Source of the DNA: an uncultured Parabacteroides sp. | GTDB taxonomy: Bacteria > Bacteroidota > Bacteroidia > Bacteroidales > Tannerellaceae | Direction: 5' to 3' | Length of the DNA: 51,092 nucleotides | Assembly (NCBI GenBank): GCA_947036995.1 | Contig: CAMQTD010000001.1 | Span: 1 to 51,092 of the forward strand | Shown: positions 38,888 through 49,754 of the stretch, piece by piece | Layout of the letters: every line of letters starts with the position of its first letter | How positions within the stretch are numbered: position 1 is the first letter of the stretch | The notes under the pieces: generated by a model | Database searches by the model: none | What the model was told of the DNA's origin: nothing | What the model saw: only the letters and a program-made list of their open reading frames with translations | Translations under genes and position numbers: made by a program

Positions 38888-41800
38888 TTATGCTTTTTTC
38901 CTATATTCGATCGGTGTCATTTGATATTGTGCTTTAAAGCAGCGGGTAAAATAACGAGACGAACCAAAACCCAACATCTCGGCGATATCTGTTATTTGGT
39001 ACGTGGGATTATTACGTAAAAGCGTTGCTGCACGTTTAAGCTTGCAGGTTTGTACAAACTCATTCGGCGTAGTACCTGTTAAACTTTTAAACTTCGCATA
39101 AAGAGAACTCCGACTCAGCGCTAACTCTTTGGCTAATTGATTTATATCAAAATCTGCATTACTGAGGTTCGATTCTATAATTTGACTTACCGTATCTAAA
39201 AACTGCTGATCAAGTGGCGTAGTTGCCAATAGTTGGGGATCAAAATCATCTTGTTTATTGAACCTATTTTGTAAAAGAATTCGATTCCGAACCAATGCAT
39301 TGCAACGTGCTACTAGCACTTTAGATTTAAACGGCTTGGTTACATAATCGTCGGCACCACGCTGGAAACCGATGATGCTTTGATCGTCGGAGCTTAGCGC
39401 CGTAAGCAGCACAACTGGGATGTGCGAAAGTTCGATATTCGTTTTAATCTTTGCACATAATACTGTACCCGACATTTCGGGCATCATCACATCACTTAGA
39501 ATAATATCGGGGCGTTCTGCTAATGCCATATCTAATCCCACTTGTCCGTTGCATGCCAATAGCACTTGATAGGTTGGCGAAAATAGATTGCTCAAAACAG
39601 TCAGTAGCTCTTCATTATCTTCGACAATAAGCAGTCTGGGTTTTACGTGATTGGTATCAAGAAGCTCTTCGGCAGGTAGTTCTTCGATTTCGATTTGTTC
39701 TTGTACAAATGTATGCTGATCGCAAGCCTCTTCAAATTGAATATTTGCATCCATGAAATGAGATTTACCTTTTTGCAGAGATACAATAAAGATTGATCCA
39801 TATCCTGGTGTGCTTTCTACTTGAATAGATCCTTGATGTAACGCTACAATACTCTTTGTTAACGACAGTCCGATACCTGTGCTATGTGTATTGGTTGGTG
39901 CAGCAGCTCCCTCGGTAGCTTGGTAGAAACAATCAAAAATATAAGGAATATCCTTTTGCTCTATCCCACTTCCATCATCAATCACTTTGATTAAGATCGC
40001 ATCGGCACTCTCTTCGACAAAGAGTTCAATCTTACCATCTTTGGAGACAAACTTGAAGGCATTGGATATTAAATTACTCACTACTTTACGCATTTGTTTG
40101 GGATCAATCCAGCAAGCTATGGATGGTTGATTGGTCGTAAATGTATATGTTATGCGATGCATTGTTGCATATGCTTGAAAGGTTTCATGCAGATCACGCA
40201 AAAAGGGTACAAGGTCTTGATTGGATACCTTTAAAGCAACGCTTCCGGTTTCTAATTTTCTAAAATCGAGTAGTTCGGTTATCAACTCTTGCAGCTGCGT
40301 ACTATTTTTATACACCTTCAGCAACTTATTATGCGTTGTAGGTGGTAACAAGCGTTGCTGTAAAAGCAGTTCTAGTTGCGAGATGATTAAGGTTAGGGGC
40401 GTTCTGAATTCGTGCGAAATATTGGAGAAAAACTGTATCTTCGTTTTATTTAATTCGGCTATTTGCAGCTTTTCGCGGCGCTCAAGTGCCAATGATGTTT
40501 GCAAGACGAGGCGAATTTGTTTGGAATGGATATAAAAATAGACAATCAAAATAAATAATAGGAGATAAATCGCATAGGCAACAGTATTGGCATACCAAGG
40601 CGAAGTGATTTCGATCACTAACGCGATTGCCTCATTTGGATGCTGTGGGTTTATTGCTTTCTCCCTAACAAGCAATGTATAAGTGCCTGGATTCAGGTTT
40701 GTATATGTTATGCGTGTTTGATTCAGCGTCAGCCATTTTTGATCGAAACCCTTTAGATTATATTCAAATACTTGCTTGGTTAATGTACTCACATAGTTGG
40801 TTGATGCAAAATCAATGGCAAAATTGTTTTGATCGTAATTCAGTCGTATGGCCGATGCGTGGGGTAGTGATGCGTTTAATATCCCATGATCGTCGTTTGG
40901 TGCAACAATCTCTCCATTTACATACAAATTAGAGAAATAGAGGTTGTAGGGTTTCATCGGGGTAAATACCTCCTCTTCGTAAAACGAAGAGAGCCCATCA
41001 ATTCCTCCTACAAAGATCTCGCCATTGCTACAAACCAATAAGCCACTCCCGATATCTATTCCTGAAATAGGCAGTGCTGTTTGCAAATCAATAGCGCGTG
41101 CTATACCTGCATCGGTATCCAAAAATGTGACACCCTTATCTGTAGATATAACTAAATAGCCTTGGATGGATTGTTTTATGTTGTAACAGAAGTTACTCAT
41201 CAACAAGTTATCCTCCTTTGCATAGTTTTCAAAGTGATCCGTTTTTGGATCGTAGCGATATATCCCTGCTCCTAATGTGGTAAGAAATATGCGCTTGCGA
41301 TGATCTTCAAAGATACTTGTTACCTCAAAATTAGCTAGCCCATGCGAACCGCATACATATTTTGTTTGATCCTTTGGATCGTATATATTTATTCTGAGTA
41401 CCGAAAAGCCCCTCGTAATCCATATATTATGATTCGTATCAATAAAGAAGTTTGCTCCAATATAAAGCGATATCTCTTGATTAAAAAGTGTGGAGAGGTT
41501 ATTTGTTTGTAGGTCTAAACAAAAAAGCCCTGTACGTGTCATTATTACTAACGAGTCTTGATTGAGCATTTTCGTTTGTATCACCACGTCTCCTGCTTGT
41601 GCGGCATAATCAGAATTGTTGGTGTATAGGTTCTGAAAACGTCCTGATGGTATATCTAAGATTGAGAGACCGCCGGTATGTGTTCCAATATAAAGCTTAT
41701 CGTATTTAGCACTATATTCGATAGATTTCAGGTTATTATGCGCAATGCTGTTGGTGGTTGCACTGGATAGAAAGTGATCCATCTTTTTTGTTTTCCGATT

Positions 41801-42886
41801 CAATCGGTTTAGACCTCCGCCTTCGGTACAGATCCATACATCGCCACGCTTGTCTTCTACCATGTGCCCAACGTACGAATTGCTAACACAATCGTCTCGA
41901 TTCTCATTTTCTGGATAGTACGTAAATTGGTCTAGCTCTGGATTAAAATAATGCACACCGCCATAATAGGTACCTGCCCAAATAGAGCCTTGCTTGTCTT
42001 TATAGACAGAGAATATAGAGGCATGTGTTAGGCTTCCTGGTAACACATCTTTGGTGTAATATGTAAATTCTCCTGTAGAGAGATTCAATTTATTAAGTCC
42101 GGTAAACGTTCCTATCCAAAGATTTCCTTCGTTATCTTCAACGATTTGTCTGATTTGATTCGAAGAGATGGTACGTTTCTTGCTGCTGTTTGCTTTGAAT
42201 TCGGTAATTTGCTCATACCTATCTATTTTAAAAAGACCATTCATGCGTGTACCAACCCAAAGGTTTCCGTACGAATCGGGGGTTATTTCTGTAATATCTT
42301 CGTTAGGAATAACTAATCGTGGTGCTTTTTGTGGTGCTTTGGCATATAGCCCTTTGTTTGTTCCTATCCAATAAACACCATTATCTGTTTTTTGAATTTT
42401 TTGAACGTTACAACGGTTGCAGCCGAGTGTAAATAGTAGCTCTAATTTCTGTGTCTCTTCGTTCCATAATGAAACAGAATCTCTTCCACCAATCAATAAT
42501 TGATTTTGGTGATAAAGTAGACTATATACATTTTTCTCGTGTAACAGAGAGAAACGTGCTTGTTTGACATCATACTTCACCAGCGAAAAACCTGATTGAA
42601 AAAAGATTGATCCTTTTCGATCTCCAACAATGCCCCGATTATCGTTATGAATAAATCGATCGGTTTGCAGGTCGTTTTTAGAGGGTTTAAACTGGACGAT
42701 ACGTTCGCCATTGAACATACTCACACCCTCTAATGTACCAAACCACATGCGATCTAATTCATCTTGATAAATAGACATGACGCTAATTTGAGGAAGCCCC
42801 TCTTTCATTCCAATATGTTTAAAGTAAATGGGGTAGATAGGTGTTACAAAAGTGTAAAGAAAAATTAGAATATAGAGTATACGCAT
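38888..42886 (-). CDS. Hybrid two-component system regulator (periplasmic beta-propeller/YYY sensor, HisKA-HATPase, receiver, AraC-type HTH)
   Basis: 1332 aa. Repeated propeller motifs (WFGT, WIGT, WVGT) are followed by one TM helix, an H-box FFSNISHEFRTPL, and an ATPase G-box GTGIGLSL. The receiver has LIVEDN...DVMMPEMSG...KP, and the C-terminus is an AraC HTH. Confidence 0.95.
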   Translation of the reverse strand: MRILYILIFLYTFVTPIYPIYFKHIGMKEGLPQISVMSIYQDELDRMWFGTLEGVSMFNGERIVQFKPSKNDLQTDRFIHNDNRGIVGDRKGSIFFQSGFSLVKYDVKQARFSLLHEKNVYSLLYHQNQLLIGGRDSVSLWNEETQKLELLFTLGCNRCNVQKIQKTDNGVYWIGTNKGLYAKAPQKAPRLVIPNEDITEITPDSYGNLWVGTRMNGLFKIDRYEQITEFKANSSKKRTISSNQIRQIVEDNEGNLWIGTFTGLNKLNLSTGEFTYYTKDVLPGSLTHASIFSVYKDKQGSIWAGTYYGGVHYFNPELDQFTYYPENENRDDCVSNSYVGHMVEDKRGDVWICTEGGGLNRLNRKTKKMDHFLSSATTNSIAHNNLKSIEYSAKYDKLYIGTHTGGLSILDIPSGRFQNLYTNNSDYAAQAGDVVIQTKMLNQDSLVIMTRTGLFCLDLQTNNLSTLFNQEISLYIGANFFIDTNHNIWITRGFSVLRINIYDPKDQTKYVCGSHGLANFEVTSIFEDHRKRIFLTTLGAGIYRYDPKTDHFENYAKEDNLLMSNFCYNIKQSIQGYLVISTDKGVTFLDTDAGIARAIDLQTALPISGIDIGSGLLVCSNGEIFVGGIDGLSSFYEEEVFTPMKPYNLYFSNLYVNGEIVAPNDDHGILNASLPHASAIRLNYDQNNFAIDFASTNYVSTLTKQVFEYNLKGFDQKWLTLNQTRITYTNLNPGTYTLLVREKAINPQHPNEAIALVIEITSPWYANTVAYAIYLLLFILIVYFYIHSKQIRLVLQTSLALERREKLQIAELNKTKIQFFSNISHEFRTPLTLIISQLELLLQQRLLPPTTHNKLLKVYKNSTQLQELITELLDFRKLETGSVALKVSNQDLVPFLRDLHETFQAYATMHRITYTFTTNQPSIACWIDPKQMRKVVSNLISNAFKFVSKDGKIELFVEESADAILIKVIDDGSGIEQKDIPYIFDCFYQATEGAAAPTNTHSTGIGLSLTKSIVALHQGSIQVESTPGYGSIFIVSLQKGKSHFMDANIQFEEACDQHTFVQEQIEIEELPAEELLDTNHVKPRLLIVEDNEELLTVLSNLFSPTYQVLLACNGQVGLDMALAERPDIILSDVMMPEMSGTVLCAKIKTNIELSHIPVVLLTALSSDDQSIIGFQRGADDYVTKPFKSKVLVARCNALVRNRILLQNRFNKQDDFDPQLLATTPLDQQFLDTVSQIIESNLSNADFDINQLAKELALSRSSLYAKFKSLTGTTPNEFVQTCKLKRAATLLRNNPTYQITDIAEMLGFGSSRYFTRCFKAQYQMTPIEYRKKA

Positions 42887-42993
42887 GGTACGTAATTAAA
42901 ATTTAATTTACTAGGTTTTTTATTCAAAAAAAGATGGTTGATTAAAAGCTTTCAATAAGTCAATTACACGTTTGATTATATTGCAAAGAAAAT

Positions 42994-43024
42994 GAAAAAG
43001 AAGTGTCAAAAACACTCCTTTTTC
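42994..43024 (-). terminator. Terminator of the M23-MerR operon
   Basis: On the minus strand, GAAAAAGGAGTGT-TTTTG-ACACTTCTTTTTC followed by T-rich sequence, about 30 nt past the MerR stop. Confidence 0.7.
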
Positions 43025-43052
43025 ATTTCTCACGCTTTTCATGATATCTAAA

Positions 43053-43412
43053 TCAATCAGGTTGTAATACGTCAAATGCTTCTTTTAATAAAAGAAGTTC
43101 TCCTTTTATTCCTTTTAGTTTGTGTACAATATCCTCATTCTTAACCGCAGAATCTTTATTCTCTTTTAGCTTCTGCTTAGCGCCAGCAATGGTTAGCTTC
43201 TTCTCTTTAAGCAAGTAGTGAATCAAGCGAATATCTTCGATATCCTCCTTTTTATATAGGCGAGTACCGCTATTGGTTTTCCTCGGTTTGATAATATTAT
43301 CAAACTCCTTTTCCCAATAACGAAGGGTTGCATCGTTTAAATTAAACATCTTTGCAACCTCACCTATAGAGTAATAGAGTTTAAAATCTTTCTCGCTTTT
43401 CTTATTCGTCAT
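43053..43412 (-). CDS. MerR-family transcriptional regulator
   Basis: N-terminal HTH YSIGEVAKMFNLNDATLRYWEKEF followed by a coiled-coil tail. Length is 119 aa. Confidence 0.85.
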   Translation of the reverse strand: MTNKKSEKDFKLYYSIGEVAKMFNLNDATLRYWEKEFDNIIKPRKTNSGTRLYKKEDIEDIRLIHYLLKEKKLTIAGAKQKLKENKDSAVKNEDIVHKLKGIKGELLLLKEAFDVLQPD

Positions 43413-43425
43413 AGCATATTCATTT

Positions 43426-44406
43426 TTAATCCATTACCTGTCCATGATTTTCGGCAATCTGAATCATACGGTCATACTCTTCTGGCGAAAGATCCATATA
43501 GTAATACTTTGATGGATTATCATTTCTACCATTCACTAATACTTCGTAATGTAAGTGAGGGCCTGTTGACTTTCCGGTGTTACCCACTTCGCCAATCACT
43601 TCGCCACGAGAAACCTTCTGCCCCACACGTACTTTGAACTTATTCATATGTGCATACAACGTTTTATAGTCGTATCCATGATTAATAATAACACACTTAC
43701 CATACCCTTGTTTCCATCCTGCATAGATAACACGTCCATTTCCAGTCGAATATATATCAGTTCCTTTTTTAGCAGAGAAGTCCATTCCTGCATGAAACTT
43801 TCGGGTTCGATAGATTGGGTCCATGCGCATACCATAACCTGAGGCTGTACGCTTTAAATCTTTATTCGAAATAGGCTGAATGGCTGGTATACATTTCAAT
43901 CTCTCCTCTTGGCTTTTGCCCAACGCAATCAACTCATCCAACGATTTAGATTGAATGTAAAGTTGCTTCGAGAGCATATCTACCTTTTGCGAAGCGGATA
44001 CAATTAGTTCATGATTTTGCAAATTCATCAAATGTTCGTACCGATTCGTTCCGCCAAAGCCTGGCTTACGAATTGATGCCGGAATCGAATCTGCTTGAAA
44101 TATGGTACGGTAAAGTTTTTCGTCTCTAATCTGCACCTCATCCAACACTTCCAACGCCTCATTCAACCGCAAAGATAGTACTTCATATTGTGTTACAAGC
44201 AATTTATTTTCTTTTTTAATTAACGATTCCATTGGCGATGGAATATAGTAAATCATAAGGAAAAAGAATAGCAAACCGAGAACAACCCCTATAGATAAGT
44301 GCCGAACAACTATTCGTAGCTTTTCACGCCTAGAGGGATACACACGCTCGTAATTAAGGGTGTTTGGGTTGTATAAATAGTATGTTTTACGTCTTTTGAA
44401 TATCAT
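43426..44406 (-). CDS. M23-family peptidoglycan metalloendopeptidase (membrane anchored, coiled-coil N-terminal part)
   Basis: Motifs HAGMDF and GPHLHYEV. It has an N-terminal TM helix. Confidence 0.9.
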   Translation of the reverse strand: MIFKRRKTYYLYNPNTLNYERVYPSRREKLRIVVRHLSIGVVLGLLFFFLMIYYIPSPMESLIKKENKLLVTQYEVLSLRLNEALEVLDEVQIRDEKLYRTIFQADSIPASIRKPGFGGTNRYEHLMNLQNHELIVSASQKVDMLSKQLYIQSKSLDELIALGKSQEERLKCIPAIQPISNKDLKRTASGYGMRMDPIYRTRKFHAGMDFSAKKGTDIYSTGNGRVIYAGWKQGYGKCVIINHGYDYKTLYAHMNKFKVRVGQKVSRGEVIGEVGNTGKSTGPHLHYEVLVNGRNDNPSKYYYMDLSPEEYDRMIQIAENHGQVMD

Positions 44407-44435
44407 TATGAATAATTTATCAGTTTAGATAGATA

Positions 44436-44443
44436 CAAAAATA
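44436..44443 (-). promoter_or_regulatory. -7 box TATTTTTG (minus strand) for M23-MerR
   Basis: The reverse complement of CAAAAATA matches TAnnTTTG, 30 nt upstream of ATG 44406. Confidence 0.5.
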
Positions 44444-44454
44444 ATAAAATGCCG

Positions 44455-44462
44455 TACTTTTG
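44455..44462 (+). promoter_or_regulatory. -7 box TACTTTTG for alaS-aroB
   Basis: TAnnTTTG match 49 nt upstream of ATG 44511. Confidence 0.55.
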
Positions 44463-44510
44463 CAAATTGTTTTTCAGAATATTAACGAGAACTATATATA
44501 ATAGAATTTT

Positions 44511-47135
44511 ATGTTGACAGCAAAAGAGACCCGTGAATCGTTCAAAGCATTCTTTGCTTCGAAAGGTCACCAAATTGTTTCCTCTGCCCCGATGGTGGTA
44601 AAAGGAGATCCTACATTGATGTTTACCAATGCAGGTATGAATCAGTTTAAAGATATCATTTTAGGTAATGTACCCATTAAATACTCACGTATAGCCGATT
44701 CTCAAAAATGCCTTCGTGTAAGCGGTAAGCATAACGATTTAGAAGAGGTTGGTCACGATACCTATCACCACACCATGTTCGAGATGCTTGGTAACTGGTC
44801 TTTTGGCGACTACTTTAAGAAAGATGCAATTGATTGGGCTTGGGAGTATCTTGTTGAAGTATTAAAATTGGATCCAAACCGCCTATATGCATCCGTTTTT
44901 GAAGGAAATCCTGAAGAGGGATTAGCGCGCGACAACGAAGCTGCTGCCTATTGGGAGCAATACCTTCCGTTAAGCCAAATCATCAACGGAAACAAACATG
45001 ATAACTTCTGGGAGATGGGAGATACAGGCCCTTGTGGACCTTGCTCTGAGATACACGTCGACATCCGCCCTAACGAAGAGCGTGCATTGGTAGATGGTGC
45101 TACACTTGTAAACCAAGATCACCCACAAGTGATTGAGATCTGGAACCTTGTATTTATGCAATTTAACCGCATGGCTGATAGTTCACTCGTATCACTTCCT
45201 GCACGTGTAATTGATACAGGTATGGGATTTGAGCGTTTATGTATGGCGCTACAAGGCAAAACATCGAACTACGATACGGATGTATTCCAACCGATCCTAA
45301 AAACAATCGCTCACATATCGGGCACTACATACGGAGAAAACAATGAGCAAGATATCGCCATGCGCGTAATTGCAGATCATATCCGTACCATTGCATTCTC
45401 TATCACAGATGGGCAGTTGCCTTCTAATGCAAAAGCTGGATACGTGATTCGCCGTATTTTACGTCGTGCCGTACGTTATGGATATACATTCTTAGGACGT
45501 AGAGAGGCATTTATGTATCGCCTACTTCCTGTGTTGATCGAGACTATGGGTGATGCATATCCAGAACTAACTGCACAGAAGGTATTGATTGAGAAGGTGA
45601 TTAAAGAGGAGGAAGAATCATTCCTACGCACCTTGGAGACTGGTATCCGCATGTTAGACAAACAGATGGACGAAGCTAAAGCTGCTGGCAAAAACTGCAT
45701 TAGCGGTGGAGCTGCCTTTACATTAAACGATACATTTGGTTTCCCATTAGACCTAACAGAGCTTATCTTACGTGAAAACGGTATGGAGGTAAACATCGAC
45801 GAGTTTAATGCCGAGATGCAAAAGCAAAAAGAGCGTGCACGTAGTGCTGCTGCTATCGAAACTGGCGACTGGGTAATCCTGAAAGAGGGTGACAGCAAAT
45901 TCATTGGATACGATATCTTTGAGGCTGATGTAGAAATTTTACGTTACCGCAAGATCAAACAAAAGAATAAAGAGCTATTCCAAATCGTACTTGACAGCAC
46001 ACCGTTCTACGCCGAGATGGGTGGACAGGTAGGAGACACAGGTGTATTGGTTAGCGACACTGAAACGATTGATGTTATTGATACGAAATCAGAAAACAAC
46101 CTATCGGTTCACTTCTTAGCTAAAATGCCTCAAGACCCAACAGCCGTATTCCGTGCTACAATCAACAAGACAAAACGCATCCAAAGCGAATGTAACCATA
46201 CAGCAACACACCTACTACACGAAGCATTGCGCGAGGTATTAGGCACACATGTTGAGCAAAAAGGTTCGTACGTATCGCCAAACCTACTTCGTTTCGACTT
46301 TTCTCATTTCCAAAAGATGACAGAAGAGGAGATCCGCCAAGTAGAACAGTTGGTTTCGGCTAAGATTCGTGCCAATCATCCATTGGATGAGCAACGCGCT
46401 GTAGCGATCGAAAAAGCAAAAAAGATGGGTGCTACGGCCCTATTTGGCGAAAAATATGGAGACGAAGTACGTGTAATCCGTTACGGAGAGTCTATCGAAC
46501 TTTGTGGAGGTACACACATCCCTGCAACAGGTATGATTGGTGCATTCCGTATCATTGGCGAAAGCTCTATCGCTGCAGGTGTACGCCGTATCGAAGCTGT
46601 TACAGCCGAAGGTGCCGAAGCATTCTTGTACGAACAGCAAGATACGATTCGCGAAATCCGCAGTATGCTTAACAATATGCCAAACATCACGCAAGCCATT
46701 AAGAAGTCTATCGACGAAAATGCAGAGTTGAAAAAGCAAGTTGAAGCATACATGAAAGCGAAAGCGATTCAAGTAAAACAAGCACTGCTTGAAAAGGTTG
46801 TTGAGATCAATGGCGTACAATGTATTTTAATGACTGGTGTCTCTGATGCTGAGATCATGAAAGATGTAGCCTTCCAAATCAAGGGCGAACTTACAGGTAA
46901 AGTTTGTTTCATTGGTGCAATCTTGAGCGAAGCAAAACCTCAACTAATGGTTATGTTAAGCGACGAATTGGTAGCAGACGGACTCAATGCAGCCCAACTA
47001 ATCAAGGCTGGTGCTAAACACATCCAAGGTGGTGGTGGCGGACAGCCTCACTTCGCTACAGCTGGAGGTAAAAACGAAAAAGGATTAACGATTGCTGCAG
47101 ATGCTATTCTTGAAGCTGCAGGACTTAAACAATAA
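44511..47135 (+). CDS. alaS: Alanine--tRNA ligase
   Basis: 874 aa. Class II core segments [10 protein letters not shown] and WNLVFMQFN, editing-domain zinc motifs HTATHLLH and CGGTH, and a C-terminal DHHA1-like domain. Confidence 0.97.
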   Translation: MLTAKETRESFKAFFASKGHQIVSSAPMVVKGDPTLMFTNAGMNQFKDIILGNVPIKYSRIADSQKCLRVSGKHNDLEEVGHDTYHHTMFEMLGNWSFGDYFKKDAIDWAWEYLVEVLKLDPNRLYASVFEGNPEEGLARDNEAAAYWEQYLPLSQIINGNKHDNFWEMGDTGPCGPCSEIHVDIRPNEERALVDGATLVNQDHPQVIEIWNLVFMQFNRMADSSLVSLPARVIDTGMGFERLCMALQGKTSNYDTDVFQPILKTIAHISGTTYGENNEQDIAMRVIADHIRTIAFSITDGQLPSNAKAGYVIRRILRRAVRYGYTFLGRREAFMYRLLPVLIETMGDAYPELTAQKVLIEKVIKEEEESFLRTLETGIRMLDKQMDEAKAAGKNCISGGAAFTLNDTFGFPLDLTELILRENGMEVNIDEFNAEMQKQKERARSAAAIETGDWVILKEGDSKFIGYDIFEADVEILRYRKIKQKNKELFQIVLDSTPFYAEMGGQVGDTGVLVSDTETIDVIDTKSENNLSVHFLAKMPQDPTAVFRATINKTKRIQSECNHTATHLLHEALREVLGTHVEQKGSYVSPNLLRFDFSHFQKMTEEEIRQVEQLVSAKIRANHPLDEQRAVAIEKAKKMGATALFGEKYGDEVRVIRYGESIELCGGTHIPATGMIGAFRIIGESSIAAGVRRIEAVTAEGAEAFLYEQQDTIREIRSMLNNMPNITQAIKKSIDENAELKKQVEAYMKAKAIQVKQALLEKVVEINGVQCILMTGVSDAEIMKDVAFQIKGELTGKVCFIGAILSEAKPQLMVMLSDELVADGLNAAQLIKAGAKHIQGGGGGQPHFATAGGKNEKGLTIAADAILEAAGLKQ

Positions 47136-47142
47136 ATAAACA

Positions 47143-48204
47143 ATGACAGACCAAAAAGTAATTATCTGTAAAGACATTCAATCAGAATTAAACGCGCTAT
47201 TAGCGTCTACATCGTACGACAAACTGTTTGTATTAACAGATACGCATACAACTCAATATTGCTATCCCTTATTGAAAGATGTCGAAGCCATAGCCAATGC
47301 CCCGCTGATAGAGGTTCAAGCAGGTGATACGCATAAAAGTCTGGAACAAGTTTCTCACATCTGGATGCGCCTCTCTAACGAGGGTGCATCCAGAAATTCG
47401 CTCCTTGTCAATATTGGTGGAGGAATGATTACTGATATGGGTGGTTTTGCTGCTGCTACGTTTAAGCGCGGTATGCAGGTGATTAATATCCCCACTACAT
47501 TAATGGCTTCGGTAGATGCAGCCGTTGGTGGCAAAACAGGAATCAACTTCAATGGGCTTAAAAATGAGATTGGTTCGTTTCATGCACCGTTGTGTGTATT
47601 GATCGATTCGCACTTTCTACGCACATTAGATACAGAGAATTTACTTTCGGGTTATGCTGAAATGATTAAGCATGCACTGATTCATTCTACCGAGACTTAT
47701 AAATCGGTTCTCTCATTTGATTGGAATACGTTAGACTATGCCCACCTGGGTGCATTAGCCGACGCTTCGGTGCTGATTAAAGAAGAAATAGTAGCTGCCG
47801 ACCCTTACGAAAAAGGTATACGCAAGGCGCTAAACCTTGGGCACACCATAGGGCATGCCTTCGAAAGCCTCTCTTTTCAACTAAACCAACCCTTACTGCA
47901 TGGTCATGCCATCGCATTGGGATTGATTAGCGAACTCTACCTATCACACCGTTTATGCGGTTTTCCGTTAGAACATCTCTCTCAAATGGTTCACTACATT
48001 AAATCATACTACCCTGCATTCTTCTTTGATTGCAAATCGTATGATACACTGTATGAACTTATGTCTCACGATAAAAAGAACGAAGCGGGTGTAATCAATT
48101 TCACCCTCCTATCCAATATCGGCGAGATTCAAATCAACCAAACAGCAAGCAAAGAACTTATCTTAGAGTCGTTAGATTTCTATCGCGAAAGTTTGGGGAT
48201 ATAA
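47143..48204 (+). CDS. aroB: 3-dehydroquinate synthase
   Basis: Motifs GGGMITDMGGFAAATFKRG, VDAAVGGKTGINF and GHTIGHAFE. Length is 353 aa. Confidence 0.9.
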   Translation: MTDQKVIICKDIQSELNALLASTSYDKLFVLTDTHTTQYCYPLLKDVEAIANAPLIEVQAGDTHKSLEQVSHIWMRLSNEGASRNSLLVNIGGGMITDMGGFAAATFKRGMQVINIPTTLMASVDAAVGGKTGINFNGLKNEIGSFHAPLCVLIDSHFLRTLDTENLLSGYAEMIKHALIHSTETYKSVLSFDWNTLDYAHLGALADASVLIKEEIVAADPYEKGIRKALNLGHTIGHAFESLSFQLNQPLLHGHAIALGLISELYLSHRLCGFPLEHLSQMVHYIKSYYPAFFFDCKSYDTLYELMSHDKKNEAGVINFTLLSNIGEIQINQTASKELILESLDFYRESLGI

Positions 48205-48208
48205 TATA

Positions 48209-48250
48209 AAAGGCATTTAAACAGACGTTGAATAATGTTTAAATGCCTTT
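48209..48250. terminator. Bidirectional terminator between aroB and the convergent three-gene operon
   Basis: AAAGGCATTTAAACA (48209-48223) / TGTTTAAATGCCTTT (48236-48250), with A/T-rich flanks on both sides. Confidence 0.8.
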
Positions 48251-48328
48251 GTCTTGTAATGTAGTTTGTTTGCAAATGTCGTATATGTCGATATCGTATT
48301 AAAGAAGAATGAATATTTATATGTTATC

Positions 48329-49087
48329 TTAAATACTCTTTAGTTCCATAATATTAAGAAGAGTGAAATGAATATCATCAATAAATTCGTTATTTGATTT
48401 ATGAAAATGACCATAGTACCAGTGTTTTATAGGGTGATTATCGACCTTTAAACGTTCGTATATTTTGTCTATCAATTTACGTTCTTCATCAAGGTCTATG
48501 CGAAGCTCAGAGTCTTCGGACAACCAATTCTCTATGCCTGATTTATCAATAGGGTAACAGAATGATGGACAGGTATGCGTGATTACCGTATCTATATTCA
48601 TTTCTCGGAATCCCTCAAAAACATCATTAATAAAAACAGGAGCTTCATTCTTCCAATAAAGTGGCTGTGTAGTTCTCCCTTTGAGTTCATTAAGGCACAT
48701 GGTCTCTAAACGGTTTTTTCTATCTACAGAAATTGCTCCACCAATGCAAAGCACTGTTTTATGGGCAATATTAATAATAGAGTAATCAGGGATGGTTTTC
48801 ATTCTCTCAAAATCTATCCTACCACCGCTGAAATACGTTGGGTCATCGTGATTACCCCTAACCAAGAGCAGAATATTATTAGTCGTATCAAGTGTTTTAC
48901 TTAGTTTGTTGTATACCTGAAGATAATGAGCTTCCTTTTCAAAGCCTATACCGCAATCTCCTGCAACAATAATTACAGAGTTTTCAATCCTAAGACGCTT
49001 AATTTCAAACATCAATGTTTGAAATTTTCCATGTATATCTCCACATATACAAAGTGTGTCAAAAGCATTATAATCATAGATAGTCAT
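48329..49087 (-). CDS. Calcineurin-like metallophosphoesterase (third gene of the wHTH-NTase-phosphoesterase operon)
   Basis: All metallophosphoesterase motifs occur in order: CGDIHG, AGDCGIG, RGNHDD, ITHTCP, YGHFH. The ATG at 49087 overlaps the upstream gene's TGA by 14 nt; the ORF-track start at 49102 is a TTG. Confidence 0.8.
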   Translation of the reverse strand: MTIYDYNAFDTLCICGDIHGKFQTLMFEIKRLRIENSVIIVAGDCGIGFEKEAHYLQVYNKLSKTLDTTNNILLLVRGNHDDPTYFSGGRIDFERMKTIPDYSIINIAHKTVLCIGGAISVDRKNRLETMCLNELKGRTTQPLYWKNEAPVFINDVFEGFREMNIDTVITHTCPSFCYPIDKSGIENWLSEDSELRIDLDEERKLIDKIYERLKVDNHPIKHWYYGHFHKSNNEFIDDIHFTLLNIMELKSI

Positions 49088-49754
49088 AACGTAAAATATC
49101 AATAATGTAATTCACTCTTTCATCAGATCCATAGGGTAATGCACACTCGATAGCCTCTTCAATATTGGGATTACAAAGTAGAATTTCAAATTGATCTATA
49201 AGGTATTTTTTTAAAGATTCTTCCGTATTTAATATTTGCTCCACTATATTTGTCACGTTATCCAATATATAAATTATATCTTCGAAGTCGTGACTTGTAC
49301 GAAGGTCGTCACCACCTCGTGAAAGCACTGCCTCAAATTTAGTACCCAAATAGTATGGTGTAGGAAATATAAAAATCTCTGTGTCATTTTGCAAAATACA
49401 TATTGTTTTATGTTCTATTCCGCCTTTATACCATTGATTAGTAAATCCAAGAATATTTTCATCAATTGGCATTACATCAACAATTACACGCTTATAAAGC
49501 CACCTGCAAATAGGTGCGCCTTGAGTCATATCATTGCGAAACCCTTTTGCGCGGAGTCGCTCTTCTAACTCATTGTATCGCATACGACTACTAATCTCAA
49601 TAACACAATCGATATCAAGTGTGGCTCTAATGTCTGACGATGCTGGGTCATCAGCATAAAGTTCGGCAACAGAACCACCAACAAAAACTACTTCATTTTT
49701 CATTTCGCCCAATCCATTAACTACAACAGTGAGCATTTCTATATTTTTAGACAT
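49074..49754 (-). CDS. Pol-beta-fold nucleotidyltransferase, AbiEii/DUF1814-like (putative toxin)
   Basis: NTase signature VFVGGSVAELY...ATLDIDCVI, further acidic residues (VDVMPIDE), and a C-terminal KFEAVLSRGG..SHDFEDIIYIL helix like the AbiEii motif III. Length is 226 aa. Confidence 0.6.
   Translation of the reverse strand: MSKNIEMLTVVVNGLGEMKNEVVFVGGSVAELYADDPASSDIRATLDIDCVIEISSRMRYNELEERLRAKGFRNDMTQGAPICRWLYKRVIVDVMPIDENILGFTNQWYKGGIEHKTICILQNDTEIFIFPTPYYLGTKFEAVLSRGGDDLRTSHDFEDIIYILDNVTNIVEQILNTEESLKKYLIDQFEILLCNPNIEEAIECALPYGSDERVNYIIDILRYDYL

Noticed and set aside
40221-40932. Plus-strand ORFs 40221-40535 and 40675-40932 inside the HTCS gene
   Set aside because: They are antisense shadow frames of a 1332-aa gene with clear domain motifs throughout.
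45476-46820. Minus-strand ORFs 45476-45904, 46440-46820 and 46481-46753 inside alaS
   Set aside because: They are antisense to an unambiguous alanyl-tRNA synthetase. They are Ser/Arg/Cys-rich shadow frames.
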